From positions 868,001 through 932,000 of the forward strand of contig BQFW01000014.1 in NCBI GenBank assembly GCA_020891255.1: a stretch of DNA of 64,000 bases. The letters run 5' to 3'. The stretch comes from Entomortierella parvispora E1425 (taxonomy: Eukaryota > Fungi > Mortierellomycota). The translations under genes and the position numbers were made by a program. The number at the start of each line of letters is the position of its first letter. Position 1 is the stretch's first letter. Positions 34,710 to 47,810 of this stretch are shown here, piece after piece. The notes beneath the pieces were generated by a model, which worked only from the letters and a program-made list of their open reading frames with translations, was not told the origin of the DNA and did not search any database.

Positions 34710-36094
34710 CTTTGTGTTTTGAGTGTCGGTGTGTTGTGTCCTCTGTGTCGCTTCCTTCCCTTTCCCCTATCTCTCCTTTTGGGATCTGCATCGCCAACTT
34801 TCACATCACATCGACCTTGTTTCATTGCGCCCAGTCCAAACCTTGTTTCCTTTGTTTGTTTGATTTGCTTTGTCACCCTCTTGCAACCTTCTCTCAATTT
34901 TTTTTTGTTTGGTTCCTGTTCTCTCTCTTCATTTCCTCTGGACTTTTTGTTCCTGGAGGTTCATTTCCCCATTTGCCCTCTTCATTTTTGTTTCGCGGGT
35001 ACCACAACAACTCGCCCACAAAATGAAAAAAAAAAAACACACTACCCGCGTTGTGGAAACCAACCGTAAAGTCAAAAATAGAGGAGATAGAAAGGTCCCT
35101 TCTTCGCTCGCGTTTGTCCGCCACCGTGGTTTTGCGTGTGCCTTTCCTCCTTTCCTTATCATGTTCGTCTCCATTGGCTCCCATTGGCTTCTTGAAAATT
35201 CGGCAGAGGATCAACTGGAAAAAAAGAGAGAGTAAAGACAAGAAAACAGGAAATGAGCAAGCGGGTATGGAAGGACGCGTACCCTGACTAGAGGGTGAGC
35301 AAAAAAAAAACAAAAAACGGTTATCAGCATCAGCACCCCGATCTACGATCCATAATCTCCAGTTCGACATGCGCAGTGCCATGCATGTTCCACTCCGATG
35401 ATTCAAATTGGCTAACAAACAAATGGCCAGGCCAAGGTGTCCGGTTGGCAGCTATATTGATCTCTAGGCAAAAAGAGTCTTTAGCTGCCTCGGCGGACAA
35501 ATTTGCCAAAGACTCTGATCCGTCACTGGACCATCTTGCATTCTGCAGAAGAGGTAGTTCTATCTACTTCAAATTCGAGCGATACCCTGACGATGCGATG
35601 AGGCGAGCAGCATCTTGTCCATGATCATCCCTCATCCCTGTCTAATCAAGGTATATTTGAAAAGACTCTTGATAGTTGCAAGAAAAAAAAGTGCATCAAG
35701 ACGCGTTTGACTCGCTCTGTAACATGCAAACTACACGAGACCATGCGTAACCATGCAAGAATCGCCTGTGCCTGAAAGAAGAAAAAAAAATGGTAGGTAG
35801 GGTTGGGCGTTAAATTCATTTATTTTTTTTTTCTGTTCGTTTTTGTTTTTGTTCAGACAGGCATCATGCACTTTTGTGTTGTGAGTTTTTCTAATTTCGT
35901 CGCCATTTGAGGGAGGGCGTCGAGAGAGCAAAATAAAATAAAAGAAGGATGTCGAAAAGAAGACAGAGATGATCGATAGAATTGCTTCCCATTGTTGAAA
36001 AAAAAGATACAATGGGATCGCAAATGAACGAGAAAAGGGCGAAAAAACATGGCGACCATGCAACAAAAAAACACATGTAAATATTATCAAAAGT

Positions 36095-39000
36095 CTAAAA
36101 TACGGAGCCCTTGACGGTGACCAGCAGATCATCAAGTTCCTATACCGCAGAGAGAACGAAAAGAAAAAAGAAAAAGATTAGCCGTCTTTTCCCAATCAAT
36201 TGCACAATGGGCCCCATGGTTTGTAGAGTAAAAATAAGGCATAAGTGATAAACACAAACGGTTCCCGGATCGCCATCTTTTGTTTACCAAACAATCAGGG
36301 TGCAAGGGAACTGGAAAACAAATGATATTCTTACCCTTTCAACACGGTCTAGGTCCGCATCGACATCCTTCCAGCAGTCATAAACATCCGGGTGACATTC
36401 CTGTTGGACATCCTTCAGCGTCAACTCGCCCAACATCATCAATACCATCCTAGCTTGTTCCTCATTCTTGACATCGTTCGTGCCGTCATCGCTCCCAGTC
36501 GAATCGCCAAGGCGAAGTCCTGAGCTATCTCCAAGACGTCCATGCCTGTCCAACTGAGATAGTGATCCGGAACGATTTCGGTTTGTCGATGCCACAGCAG
36601 CTGCAGCGGCGGCAGCCGCAGCCTTGGAGTTGAGCAAGGATGCCTTGATGGTCGAGGGCAACGCGACGATGCGTCCATCTTTACCGAAAATAGGTCCGTT
36701 CAAACCTCCACTGTTGCCACTTCTAAAGGTTACTCCAGGAGATGTCGATCCTCCTTGCGAAGAGGAGGGCTGTGAGCTCACCGAGCTCGATCGGCCAGCT
36801 CGGACTAAAGTCAAGAGATCCTGCATGCCAGCATTGTAATCCGACGATAAGAGCCACTCCTTCCCATTGCCGTTCAGCTTAGCAAGTCGTGAGCTCTCTG
36901 TTGCTGCAGATGCACTTGCAGATCGGGCTCTTGCAGATGTTACCGATGAGACAGAGGCACCAGAGTTAGACCGCACTGACGCGGGACTAGCACGGCCACT
37001 CGTGACCGAAATCGTGTTTGCTGCAGGATCACCGGGACGAGGAGAGGGAGTTTTCTGTCTCATGGCAGGGGAGGGTGACTGAAGCCTCCGAGGAACAGGA
37101 GAGAATGACCGCGCCGTAGAGAAGCCATCCTGCGAGTTTGAGTCGTCCTTGAGTGGGGAGGAAGAAACGGATTTGGCATTACTAGATGTTCCATTGTTGG
37201 GGTTCAATTTTGGCCCACCAAAGGGGGATCCAGCACGAAGGGATCGAGGCGATCCAGGGCCATAGTCCGAATTGGCTCCAGCTGGACCCCGGGATCCGTT
37301 CTGTTCGACAATCATAGGGGAGGCTGAACGAGTGCTCAGAGTGGCAACTGAAGCTACCTGGATTTCAACATCGCTGTTGCTCCTCTTGTGGGATAGCTGA
37401 GGCTGAGGCGAAGAGTTGAGAGAGAGTGGGGATGCCAAAGTACGGCTTTGCTCCCCTTGATGCGAATGGGCAGGTGAGTTTGTCCTCGAAGTCGTCTGGA
37501 TCTTGTGTTCCGTAGCATCCGAGTTTCCTGCAAGGGCCTTTTCCAGTCTCAAGAGAGTGCTGCCTCCCCTCGCCGAGTTGGTAAGGAGCTCCAGGCCATC
37601 TCTGTCGATGGAAATGCGACCGCTGCGACTTCCATTGGACAGAGATCGAGCAGGGCCACTTCCAATTTGACGTTCCTTGCTAGCGTTAGAAACAGATGTT
37701 GTATTTCTACCGTCGTATTCATGATCTTCCATGTCCTCTTCGCCGCCATTTTCTTCTCCAAGGATGTCCTCAATTATTTCTGAAATATCAACTTCCTCGC
37801 CTCCTTTCAGAGGAATGAAGGAATACCGGTACTGTTTTGAAGGCAACAGCCTTGAAGATCGGATCACACCCTTGTCCAGAATAATATCCGTTCCTTGCGT
37901 TTCGTTCTTTTTGATGTTCAAAGGAGCAATTTTGTTGCGATCTGTCGAGTTACGGTTTCCAATGTTACCGCTGGTACTGCTTGTGTGTAGTGCGACTGCC
38001 GCCAAGGACAGTGGGGATGAGCCATGGGTCATGGATGGTGAAATGGCCCTCTGACGATCTGCCCTCTCTGGTCTTGAAGGTCTCTCAGGAGTCGAAGATC
38101 TGGGGATGCCTTCATGCTCACTGCCTCCTTGATTTGTTGATTGCAAAGATGACGGCGAGGGAGTCTGGCCAGGTCGCAGTCCTTGGCTCACACTAGGGGA
38201 CCGATTGCGACCCATAGCCGAATGACCAGGACCGCCATTCTCAGGAGTAGGGGTGCGCGCGTTCGCTAGTTGTTGATGTTGATGAATGCCTAGATTCTCG
38301 TGCGAGTTGGCGCGAATAGGGCTGGTCGGACTCATGATAACAGAATCGGTCCTACGTGGGATATGAATTCCTTCACCGCCTTGCATGGGTGTGCTACCAG
38401 CTCGGGGGCCTCCTGGTCCTGGGGGTTGAGTGCGTCCCATACGTCCCTGATGCAGTCCTGGCGAAGCTGGGCCGTTCATAAGACCATCAGACCCATTGGT
38501 ATCATCATAGCTACCGACGGATCGAAGGGACCGCGGGCTCGTCATTCCTGCAGGGCCTTGTGCGGTCGGACTCTGAAGGGCATCGTTCGAGGCGGACAGA
38601 CTTGAGTTTGATTGAAAATTCAATGGTGCAGGCGCCTTCTTTGGTTGAGATTGTTGCTTCTTTTCCCTCATTGCAATCGCATCCCGAATGCCCCTCTCAT
38701 GCTCGAATTCGATCTCAGCCTGTCGACTTTTGGCCGCTTTTCTTAGGAAGAAAACGTGGTCTGGGTTCAATGGCATAGACGCGACGTCAGCCTTGGGCGA
38801 ACGGCGAACAGGAGTGAGTTGATGGTCCTCGAAACAGCGGATTAAATCCGTCTGGGGAGGGAGAGGCAGTTCATTGCCTTGCTTAGCGCGACGAGAAGTC
38901 TGTCCATTCAAGAAGAGTCCGAGTTGGTATTCGATCACAAGTCCATTCGGAACCATTGCTCTCTTGGCGGCCAGGTCATGCTCAGGCACACCATCGACCA

Positions 39001-41821
39001 CGCCTGAGTGAATCTCCATCAGCTCCAATGTTTTGAAAATAACATCGCCAGCATTGGCGCTCGAGTGCATGGAGATCCAGTGTTCGACCTTGGCGGCTCC
39101 ATTCTGACCCAGAGCCCTGGGATCGTTTTTATCCAGAGCAGAGCTCAAGCCATCCAATAGAATCATCGACTGAGGTAATTCTTGTGCCTGACAGACAACC
39201 TTGACCCAAAACATATCATCATGAATGGGCGTTGTAGGAGTTGTGGGTGTACCCGGAGTAGAGGAGATGGAGCCTGGGCGACGAATCTTCTTATTCAAGT
39301 AAAATCGAATCGACCGTTGGTTGGGGTCAGACCGTCCAGAACCAATGCGTTTGACTGAGCTCGGGCTGGTGGGTGTTGAAGGTGGGTTAGAGGTATAAGA
39401 GCTTGTCGAGTTGACAGACATCATGGAGGAGACGGACGAAATCGAGAGTCGGTGGTTCGCAGGCAAAGGCGTCGTCAAGTGAGCTGTCAGCGACTGGTAA
39501 ATAGCCATGGGTTTGTCTGTTGGTTGCAGCACAATTTCATCTAAAATGACCATAAAAATATACAAAGGGTCAAGTACTGATCCAGGAAATATACCATATA
39601 CCTACAGCCAACCGAATCGAATGACACATAAGTCCTGTTCTCTTACCTCCATCGACCCCACGGACTGAAATGTAAAAGTCGGTACTGGAGGGAACATTTT
39701 CAGGCACAAATTTGAACTTGATCACAGCCTGGCTAGCGACCTCCGATGCCATGGTGGACGGAGAAACGACAACAGTCTTGTACATGGACACACCAAAGTC
39801 GACGTTGCCAGGGTACACGCGAAGTGCAATGATCTCTTGGTTGAACGTGTCCCCATTTTCGTTAACTGACGAAGGAGACAAAGGACCCGTGGATGTCGAG
39901 CTCGATCCAGTGGCGAAGGATCCAATGGAGCCATTAGAGTTGGTCCGAGTTCTGAAAGGCCCTTGGTTTCCAGGGCTGCTGTTGCCACCAGGACTACTGT
40001 TGGCAGAGGAGATGCCTTTGTTCATAGGGCGACCTTGACCTTGGTTCTGGAGCTTCTTTTCATTCTCAATGCGTTCCTTCTCCTTGCGTTCCTTCTCCTT
40101 ATCCTTGGATCCCTTGCCACCACCAAACAGATTTTTGAACATGCGAGGCTTCTTTGACTCTGATGGCGAACCAGTGTCGGACTCATCCTTACCAAGGATG
40201 GCCTCCAGTCTAGCCTCTTTTTGTTGTTGGATAGTTCGCTTCTGTTGACGCTCATCCTCATCGGAATCAAGGCTGGACCTGTTTCCGCCTGGTGATTGCT
40301 GGTTCTGTCTACCAAGCTGTGTTGGAGACCCTCCGGACCGAAGGCTGTTGAGTGATTCCTCGTCGGCTAGTCTCAGCTTCTTTGCACGACCTGGTGGTGT
40401 CTGCATCCGGATAATGCTGTCGTCCTGGGCAATCGAAGGCGTTAAGGAGATTTTGCGTGGCTCATCACTAAAAACCAGGTCGTCACCATCCAATAATTGC
40501 CTGCGGTGCCGACGCTCATCTTCTTGCGATTCTTCGTCCTGCATGCGGCCTTGGTCTGACCGAAGACCATGGTCATTACGAAGAGCTGATTGCTGGAGTT
40601 TCTGTTCGTTTAGAATCTCTTGCTCCATCCTTTCGGCCTCGAGTTGCAACGCAGACTTGCCAGAATGGCCATTGCCATTTTGATCCTGTTGCTCTTGCTC
40701 CTGCTGCTGTTGTTGCTGTTGCTGTTGGGATTCGTCCGGGTTGTCTTGTTCTTCTCCTTCATGACCTTCGTAATATTCTTCCATATCGTCGTCTTCTTCT
40801 TCATCCTCGTCATCCCATTCAGTCTCGCTCGCTCCAAAGTATTCGTGAATGTTGGTGAAGATGACTGATCTTCGATTCTGGTTCCTCTCTGCTGCTTTGG
40901 CAGGGTCCAAGGGTTGGATAAGCTCGTCCCGTGGACCCCATTCTGCCGTGGGCGCAGAGAGTCCAACGTTTAAGTATTTGTTCAATCGGGCAAGACGCTC
41001 AAATGGAGTCTAGTAGTCAAGCAGAGGCAGCCATGGGGTGGTGAGTGCTAGTACAAAGAGTTGCCACCAATTTTAGATTCCAAGGTACAGGGGAGTCTCT
41101 TTACCTCAATGTTTTCGGCTGGGATATATCCAATCACTCCAGTTTTAAGAACGCGGACGAGCCACCAGTATACATTCACGTCCTCCAAGAGCATCAGCGC
41201 GTCGTTTCGGACCACCGAAGCTTGACCTTCTTGTGTGGCCACGAAGGTATGGAAGGCATAGACCAGGTTAAAGTCGATATCGTCCTCGGTCAACGACAGG
41301 GTCTCGGAGCCATCCTCGTCCAGATCTTCATCATCTTCATCGAACGATTCTTCGTCCTCGTCCAAGATCTGGTTCTGACGCGCCTGGACCAGAAGGTTAT
41401 TGTCGCCTTGCAAACCCGTGTCGACAATGTCCATGGTGCTCTTGGCTGGGTGATCGGCCCCGTTGTGGTCATGCATGTCCTCGTCCTCATCCTCTCGGAG
41501 CATTTGACGAACATTCATGATGTTGCTTGGTTCACCGATATGGTTCTGGTGATGTCCTGGTTCCTGCCCCTGCATATACGAGTTGTAGTCTTCATCTTCT
41601 TCCGTGCTGTCATCCTCATCTGGAACGCGACCGTCCATGTCCTGCGAATATTGGCGTCGGGTGGCTCCATGATGATTGTGGTTATTGTGGTTGTTATTGT
41701 TGAATTGGATCGAATTATTTGTCAGCGTGGGCGAGGTCAAGGCTGCCTCATGCGCGGCAGATCGAAGGGAGGACGCCAAACCAGTCAAATTGCCTGGGCC
41801 GAGTCTTGTATTCGAAGCCAT
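36095..41821 (-). CDS. Tea4/Bud14-like SH3-domain cell-polarity protein with Ras-association-like domain(s)
   Basis: SH3 sequence FNLVYAFHTFVATQEGQA...YWWLVRV...GYIPAENIE, then TPFERLARLNK across an intron, typical of Tea4/Bud14. Last exon ELDDLLVTVKGSVF* ends at 36095. The start could lie further upstream. Confidence 0.82.
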
Positions 41822-43139
41822 GTTGACACCTCTGATCACTGGTGTAGTGTCGCAGATATATATTTGTGCATTAAAAAAATAGGGCAAGGTAAGTACATTG
41901 CCCAAGGTAATAAGCCAAGCAGTCCCATGGGCTTTACAACCACGGGGTCGAATTGCAATCGATTGGACGTACAACAGGAGTATTATACGCGGGGGTCCTG
42001 GTGATTCTCAATCGATGGATCCCAGAAATACTCTGCAGCTGCTGCAGGCAAAGAATAGGGGAAGGGGAGAAGGTCAATGGCGGTTAGCACAGGCCGCATG
42101 TGGTGGTGGTGACGAGTTGTTTTATCTCAATATCCCAGGCCCAGAAAAAAAAAAAATTAAGGAGGAAGCCAGTGTGGTTGCAGTCCCACGCGGAATGCAT
42201 GGACTCGGTCTTGAGCAGAGAAAAAAAGAAGAATGAAAAAAAAACCAGGAGTAGCCGTTCCCCTGCATGTCTGGGCCAGGAACAGAGAGAAGGGGAGATG
42301 ATGACCGATGTCATCCATGCAAGCATGGGATGCCATTCAATGGCGTGTTATAGCGTGGCAGATGAGACCGTGAAGAGGGAGTGTCTTACACAATCGAGAA
42401 CGAGTTAGATGGCTGTCGACGAGGGGGGGATGTCAAGCTAGAGAGATGAGAGGGAGGAGGGGGAGAGAGGGCTGAATGGAAAGGGAGGCGAGAGAGAGAG
42501 AGAGGAGAGGGAGAGGAGAGGGGGATGGGATGATGGGATGGAGCAAGGGAGGAAAGAGAGTGAAAGGGGACCCACCCATCCGTCCTTCCTTCCAGGTTCG
42601 CGGTCTCCGTTCCCTCTTCATTTATTTTGGGTTTACTGGTCTCTGCTCAATCAGCGCAGGGAAAAGAGCTTTTTGTGCCCCTGTCTGTCTTGTCTGTCTT
42701 GTCTGTCTTGTCTGTTCTGTCTGTCTGTCTGCCTGTTTGTCTTGCTCTAATCTGACCAGCCACTCGCTGGAGGGCTCTCCTTCCGCTGCCTTCCTTGCCC
42801 TGCCCTGGCTACTGCACCGTACCTATCTGCAATGGTTATACCCTACCCTGTCTTGCTGCTCTCCATTCACCTCCACAGAACCTTTGTACTCTTCCGACCA
42901 AACTCAAACTGACACACAGGACCACATCACCATGAACACACTAGATCTGCATGTACCATATCTCTTTTCTTTTTCTTATTTGCTAAGAGTGAGGTGGGCT
43001 AGAATACACATGGGGTGCACAGAAACTGAAAGTGGGTGGTGGTGGTGGTACAAGCGAAGGATGAAAAAACAACATAATCAAAAAAAAAAAATTAAAACCT
43101 CGGCAAGATCTTCTATAGAAATGGGTGCCAATTGGAGCC

Positions 43140-46100
43140 TCAAGACGACACAGACTCTTTCAAGATCTTGCGCCGAGAGTCGTAGGGCTGAAGCCGCTTA
43201 AGGATCGACGCTGAATCCTCGCCTGTCAAAAACCGAATCCGTCGAATGACCACATCCCACTTCCATTGTGGCCCGAGTTCAATCCCCGTCGCCTCGACCA
43301 GGCGCACAAGTCGGATGGCTTGCTCACATCTCTGTCGTACGTCCAGGTTTGCTTCAGAAGCCTTGCTTTCCACAGCCTCGCTGATCGGGAAACCTTTGTG
43401 TTTTCTGCGTCGTGGAATGGACGGCGATGTCAGGACATCCTCAGTCGCTCCTTTCGACGGTTTCGGCTCCTTGGTCTTGGCATCCCGTAAAAGGTGGTCC
43501 AAAAGTCGCCGAAGAAGACCATGCCTTCCTTTGACTTCAGAACTCAAAACGGAGTCCTTCTTTGTTGACAGCGGCATCGGTGGCTCATCAATACCCTTCA
43601 TCGTGATCCAGGACGAGGTCAATACCTTCCAGAGATAGTCATGAGCGACGTTCGTACCATTCTTCGCTTCCATGTCCTTGTCTGAGCACCGCAGCAGACC
43701 CTCGACGACAGTACATAATTCTTGCAGCACGATGGAAACTGGCTGTGGGCGTTTGGGGCTGTCATTATGATGGCTGTCACCCAAAGACGGTCGATAGAAT
43801 GAGCGGCTGTTCGAGTTGTACGATTTCGAGCGAATCCCAGCAACCGCCTGTGCCTCTAGTTCCAGGGCACACCTAAACAGACCCTTCCAGGCCTTGGCGT
43901 CGGCTTGAAGTCCAGACTCGGATCTCATTGTGCGAATAACAGAGACGCCTGATTCCACGTCTCGTCCACGAATGCAGGCAGCAATCAGATGAACATAGAC
44001 ATGTTGGCCAGGTACCAAGCCAGCTTGAATCATGGTCTCAAAAATATCCTGCGCCGATCGAAGGTCGTCCTGACGAGCATGGTACTTGATCAACGTTGTC
44101 ATTGTGACGGCATCCAGTGTCAACTTTGAATCTGTCTGGTGGCGACTCTTAGTTGCGCCAGCTCTATCATGAACTGCATCAGAAAGTAATGGATGAAAAC
44201 GAGGGTTCAAAAGGTCTTGCTTTCGCACGGGTATCTCAACCTCCTGGTCAGAGTCCATCGAATCGTGACGTCCAAATTCGGCAATCATACGGTCCAGTGC
44301 ATCTCGGATGGTCACTATGGGAGCGTTCATCTCTACCAAGCTGTTGAGAATCATGTTGGAGAGAGGTAATCCTGGATTCATGCGTCGATTTCGGGCTTCC
44401 TGCAAGACCCGATTTACAGACCGGAGGTCCCCTCGCTTCGCAAAGGCATGGGCGAGAATGGTGCAAATGAATTCATCTGGCTCAATGCCAAGGACCTTCA
44501 TCTCCCCAAAAAGCTCTGAGATAGACTCAATCTCGCCTCGTTGCGCAAAGGCCCCAAGTAGTATCGAAAATGTAAATGCATCCGGGGTGAAAGAAGTATG
44601 CTGAGTGAGCTCTGGATCCAAGACCAGGCTCTTGAGAGCAGTCGGAGAGTCCAGGTCCTGGCCCGAGAGTGTGGGCAATCTCAATGGTCGACCAGACTTG
44701 CGAGACACAAGGCTCTGAAATATCTCCCATCCTTCTTGCAGCTCCGAGCGTCCGTCGATCATTCCCGACTCGGATTGAGTTGCTGACATTCTTGATCGGA
44801 GCAACTGGCGGACCATTAGATCTCGGCCAAGTTCGCGCGTCTCGCTATTCGATCCGCTGCCCAAGGTCCTTGCGCCATCTCTAAATAGAGGAGCCAGATC
44901 AACCAAGGACTTGAGGAGTGTATTGTAAAACACCATATTGGGCTGAAGTCCCTGACGTTCCATGGTTTCGATCACATGTCGCAGTTGAGCAAAGTCGGCT
45001 CGTCGTGACCAAGCTCCTGCAAGCTCCGTCATAGTTTGAATGTCGATCAAGGGATGAAGGTCTGTGCCTTCAGTATAGCGTTCAGTCTCAAGATGTCGAT
45101 CCACGATAGATTGCGCCTGGTTGAGATGCTTCGGGTCCTGATCTGATCTTGCCAACGCAGAGACAAGCATTCCAATCTCTTTGGAGGAGGGCTTTGGCTG
45201 AGGGAAAAGCTCGTTTTCTGCGACATCCATCTGATCGTGTGCATCAAAGAGTCGGTACGCATTCGAGTGCAGTGTGGCAGCCAAGTCATACTCCTTGTCC
45301 TTGACCAAGGTCCAGAGGGCAATCTGATAAGCGCCGGATGCCGGGTCGAGCCTTCCTTGATATTGTAAAGCGCGAGCCATAGGTCCGGAACGAGGCAAAG
45401 ATCCAGCCATATCCATAAACCAGTCAGAGAATCGCCCTTTCCACTTGATATTCGACAATCCCGAGATGGCCACTGATGCTGCACACCACTTTGACAGGTC
45501 GGATGTTAACGAGTCCTTTACAAAGTTAATCGCATCACTAGAATGAACCGGATTTTTCAGCTCGATTGATCCTCCGGAAGGCCTGGTATCCCGTTTGGAG
45601 GCTAGTCTGGCAACTGACGACGTCCAAGATGCTTTCCCATGGAAGGCAAGAAATTTTGCTTCTGAGATTTGCGACAAAAGCCCCAAATGACCAAGTCGTT
45701 CGGCGACAGACTGAGAAACATCCAGCAAGAGATTTCTGTACTCAGTCATTCGATGATCTCTGTTCTTCAAGTTGTGACTAGACATCAAGTTTTGGATTGC
45801 CTTTGCCAATATTGCTTGAGCCCCTGTCTTTGAATGATCTCCTTCAGCCACACTCGTAGTTGCTGCCAGTTCAGAGTGGCTAGTGGATGCGATTGACTCC
45901 AAGTAAAGCGTCAATGGGTCCGAGTAGCTATTTAAAATTTGGGCATCGGCAGTGCGAAAATCTTGACGGTTATCGCGCTCATGCTTTATCGGCGTTCGGT
46001 GTTTGACTGACCGCAGAACATCGTCCAAAGTAAGATCCTTGGCGAAGACCCCGACCATCGTCAATTCGTTCCATAGATCGCGCTCTGCTTGGTTCTGTGC

Positions 46101-47810
46101 CTGCGATTTTGAAAGATCAAAGTGTCGGGCACCAATGATCCATGATTCCATTAGGTCCGTTCGTTCCAGCTTCAGGTCCTTATAAAATCGAAGCTTATGG
46201 TGGAAAAAGGTCGCGTCCAGGTCAGCAAGTTCGAATAAATTCGACAGAGACAGAGCTGGCGGTTCCATGACATGTGTCTCTACTGTTGCTAAAGTGACAA
46301 CAAGATCTTGGAGCCAATTGCGTCTTGATTTGTGTGATAGCCGTACTATATCTATCACGCAATCCTCCTTGCCAATGCGACAGAGATTCCTTGCCAACAG
46401 CTGCTTGAAATCGACATTGGACCAGCACTGAAGCCAGTCTGAGTAATCTCGCCAGCTCCAGAGCTTGATCCAATCCATGGCGCAGCGGTCGTCACCAGCA
46501 ATCAAGCACACCTCCAAGGCCATCTTACGGGGCGAGTCAAGCAGAGACGTCGCAGTGGTGTCCAATAATAGGGATGTGCTGGCTGGAAATAGTCTCCTCG
46601 CTGTGATTGCTTGAATAAAAGGAAGAAATGCGGTAGCCAAGGCGATCTGCTCTCTTGGCGTGGATGTAGCCAGATCCGACATCTGGGACATACTCAGGCC
46701 ATCCCATGTGTCAGTCCAGCTCCGCATGATTATAGCAAGAGTTTGATCTACAAGTGGGTCGTTTTGTTCCTGAAATGATGTCCTGAATCCCGGTGCGGTA
46801 ATAGGTGTGAAATTTCCGGCGGGTGCAAGTATGGCCGAGTTGAGCTGATTCATAGTACCGACCATATCGATGTTTCCGATCTGAGACTCATGAAGATAAG
46901 CGAGTTTACAGCAGTACTCAACAAGAGCGAGATCCTGCAGGTGCCAGCGAGACTGCTTTACCGAAGCAGAGTATTTTGGAAAGGTAGAGAGCATTGACAG
47001 GTAGTCGTGATCCCGAGCCTTCTCGATGACGCCCATTGCTTGCATATAATTCTGTCTCTTAAAGTGCTCTCTCGCCAGTGACAGTTGAGATTTGATCCAT
47101 TCCTTGATAACGCCTGCGGAAGAGGGTCGTGGGGTAGGAAGAGGTGTTTCAATAATCGAATGATAGTCGTCCTGTATTCCTGAGGGTGAAATTATTTCCT
47201 CAAAGAGTCTTGTACTGGACTGATGCGACATGGTGCGGAAGGGTATAGGGCGGTGTGAGCTGTAGGTGCTTCGTGATGCTCTTTCTTGCAGCGCGATTGG
47301 CGAGATCCGTCGTGGTAAGTTGCTGGGTTTGCGAAATGTTGCAGGTATCGTGGCTGATCCGCCATGACCTGTTGAATAAGTGCGACGGGGTGATATTTGA
47401 ACAGGATGTTCCCAGGCGCCGATGATCTGTTGAGGCTGGTATTGATATGGGGAGTCCGAAGGGGCAACAACTGATCGTGAGCGACCAGAGTTGCGTGATA
47501 GCTGGGCCAATGCGCGTCGAGATGGATGCTGGTTTGGATGATGGGTTGAGAGGTGGCGTTTCTCGAGTAGTGAGCGGAATATTGGATACAGATCAGAGAA
47601 GGTATGGTTCCGACCCTGCATATCCGACAATGGTTTCCTAGCTGCACGACGAGTATGACCCACAATTCCCCGTGTATCAAGCCGAGTCTGCATCAAACAC
47701 TGAGGCCCTGGAGTGTCGCTCCAGGGTATTGAGGGCGAAGCCATTCCATGACTGTGAAGGACAGGTTTCCGCTTGCTTGCCGGGTGCAGCACCCGACTCA
47801 AAAGCGGCAT
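43140..47810 (-). CDS. Intronless pentatricopeptide-repeat (PPR) protein, probably mitochondrial
   Basis: One ORF of about 1,556 aa from the first ATG. PPR motifs PNMVFYNTLLKSL, PDAFTFSILLGAFAQRG, DAVTMTTLIKYHARQDD. Basic, Ser-rich N-terminus. Confidence 0.88.
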   Translation of the reverse strand: MPLLSRVLHPASKRKPVLHSHGMASPSIPWSDTPGPQCLMQTRLDTRGIVGHTRRAARKPLSDMQGRNHTFSDLYPIFRSLLEKRHLSTHHPNQHPSRRALAQLSRNSGRSRSVVAPSDSPYQYQPQQIIGAWEHPVQISPRRTYSTGHGGSATIPATFRKPSNLPRRISPIALQERASRSTYSSHRPIPFRTMSHQSSTRLFEEIISPSGIQDDYHSIIETPLPTPRPSSAGVIKEWIKSQLSLAREHFKRQNYMQAMGVIEKARDHDYLSMLSTFPKYSASVKQSRWHLQDLALVEYCCKLAYLHESQIGNIDMVGTMNQLNSAILAPAGNFTPITAPGFRTSFQEQNDPLVDQTLAIIMRSWTDTWDGLSMSQMSDLATSTPREQIALATAFLPFIQAITARRLFPASTSLLLDTTATSLLDSPRKMALEVCLIAGDDRCAMDWIKLWSWRDYSDWLQCWSNVDFKQLLARNLCRIGKEDCVIDIVRLSHKSRRNWLQDLVVTLATVETHVMEPPALSLSNLFELADLDATFFHHKLRFYKDLKLERTDLMESWIIGARHFDLSKSQAQNQAERDLWNELTMVGVFAKDLTLDDVLRSVKHRTPIKHERDNRQDFRTADAQILNSYSDPLTLYLESIASTSHSELAATTSVAEGDHSKTGAQAILAKAIQNLMSSHNLKNRDHRMTEYRNLLLDVSQSVAERLGHLGLLSQISEAKFLAFHGKASWTSSVARLASKRDTRPSGGSIELKNPVHSSDAINFVKDSLTSDLSKWCAASVAISGLSNIKWKGRFSDWFMDMAGSLPRSGPMARALQYQGRLDPASGAYQIALWTLVKDKEYDLAATLHSNAYRLFDAHDQMDVAENELFPQPKPSSKEIGMLVSALARSDQDPKHLNQAQSIVDRHLETERYTEGTDLHPLIDIQTMTELAGAWSRRADFAQLRHVIETMERQGLQPNMVFYNTLLKSLVDLAPLFRDGARTLGSGSNSETRELGRDLMVRQLLRSRMSATQSESGMIDGRSELQEGWEIFQSLVSRKSGRPLRLPTLSGQDLDSPTALKSLVLDPELTQHTSFTPDAFTFSILLGAFAQRGEIESISELFGEMKVLGIEPDEFICTILAHAFAKRGDLRSVNRVLQEARNRRMNPGLPLSNMILNSLVEMNAPIVTIRDALDRMIAEFGRHDSMDSDQEVEIPVRKQDLLNPRFHPLLSDAVHDRAGATKSRHQTDSKLTLDAVTMTTLIKYHARQDDLRSAQDIFETMIQAGLVPGQHVYVHLIAACIRGRDVESGVSVIRTMRSESGLQADAKAWKGLFRCALELEAQAVAGIRSKSYNSNSRSFYRPSLGDSHHNDSPKRPQPVSIVLQELCTVVEGLLRCSDKDMEAKNGTNVAHDYLWKVLTSSWITMKGIDEPPMPLSTKKDSVLSSEVKGRHGLLRRLLDHLLRDAKTKEPKPSKGATEDVLTSPSIPRRRKHKGFPISEAVESKASEANLDVRQRCEQAIRLVRLVEATGIELGPQWKWDVVIRRIRFLTGEDSASILKRLQPYDSRRKILKESVSS

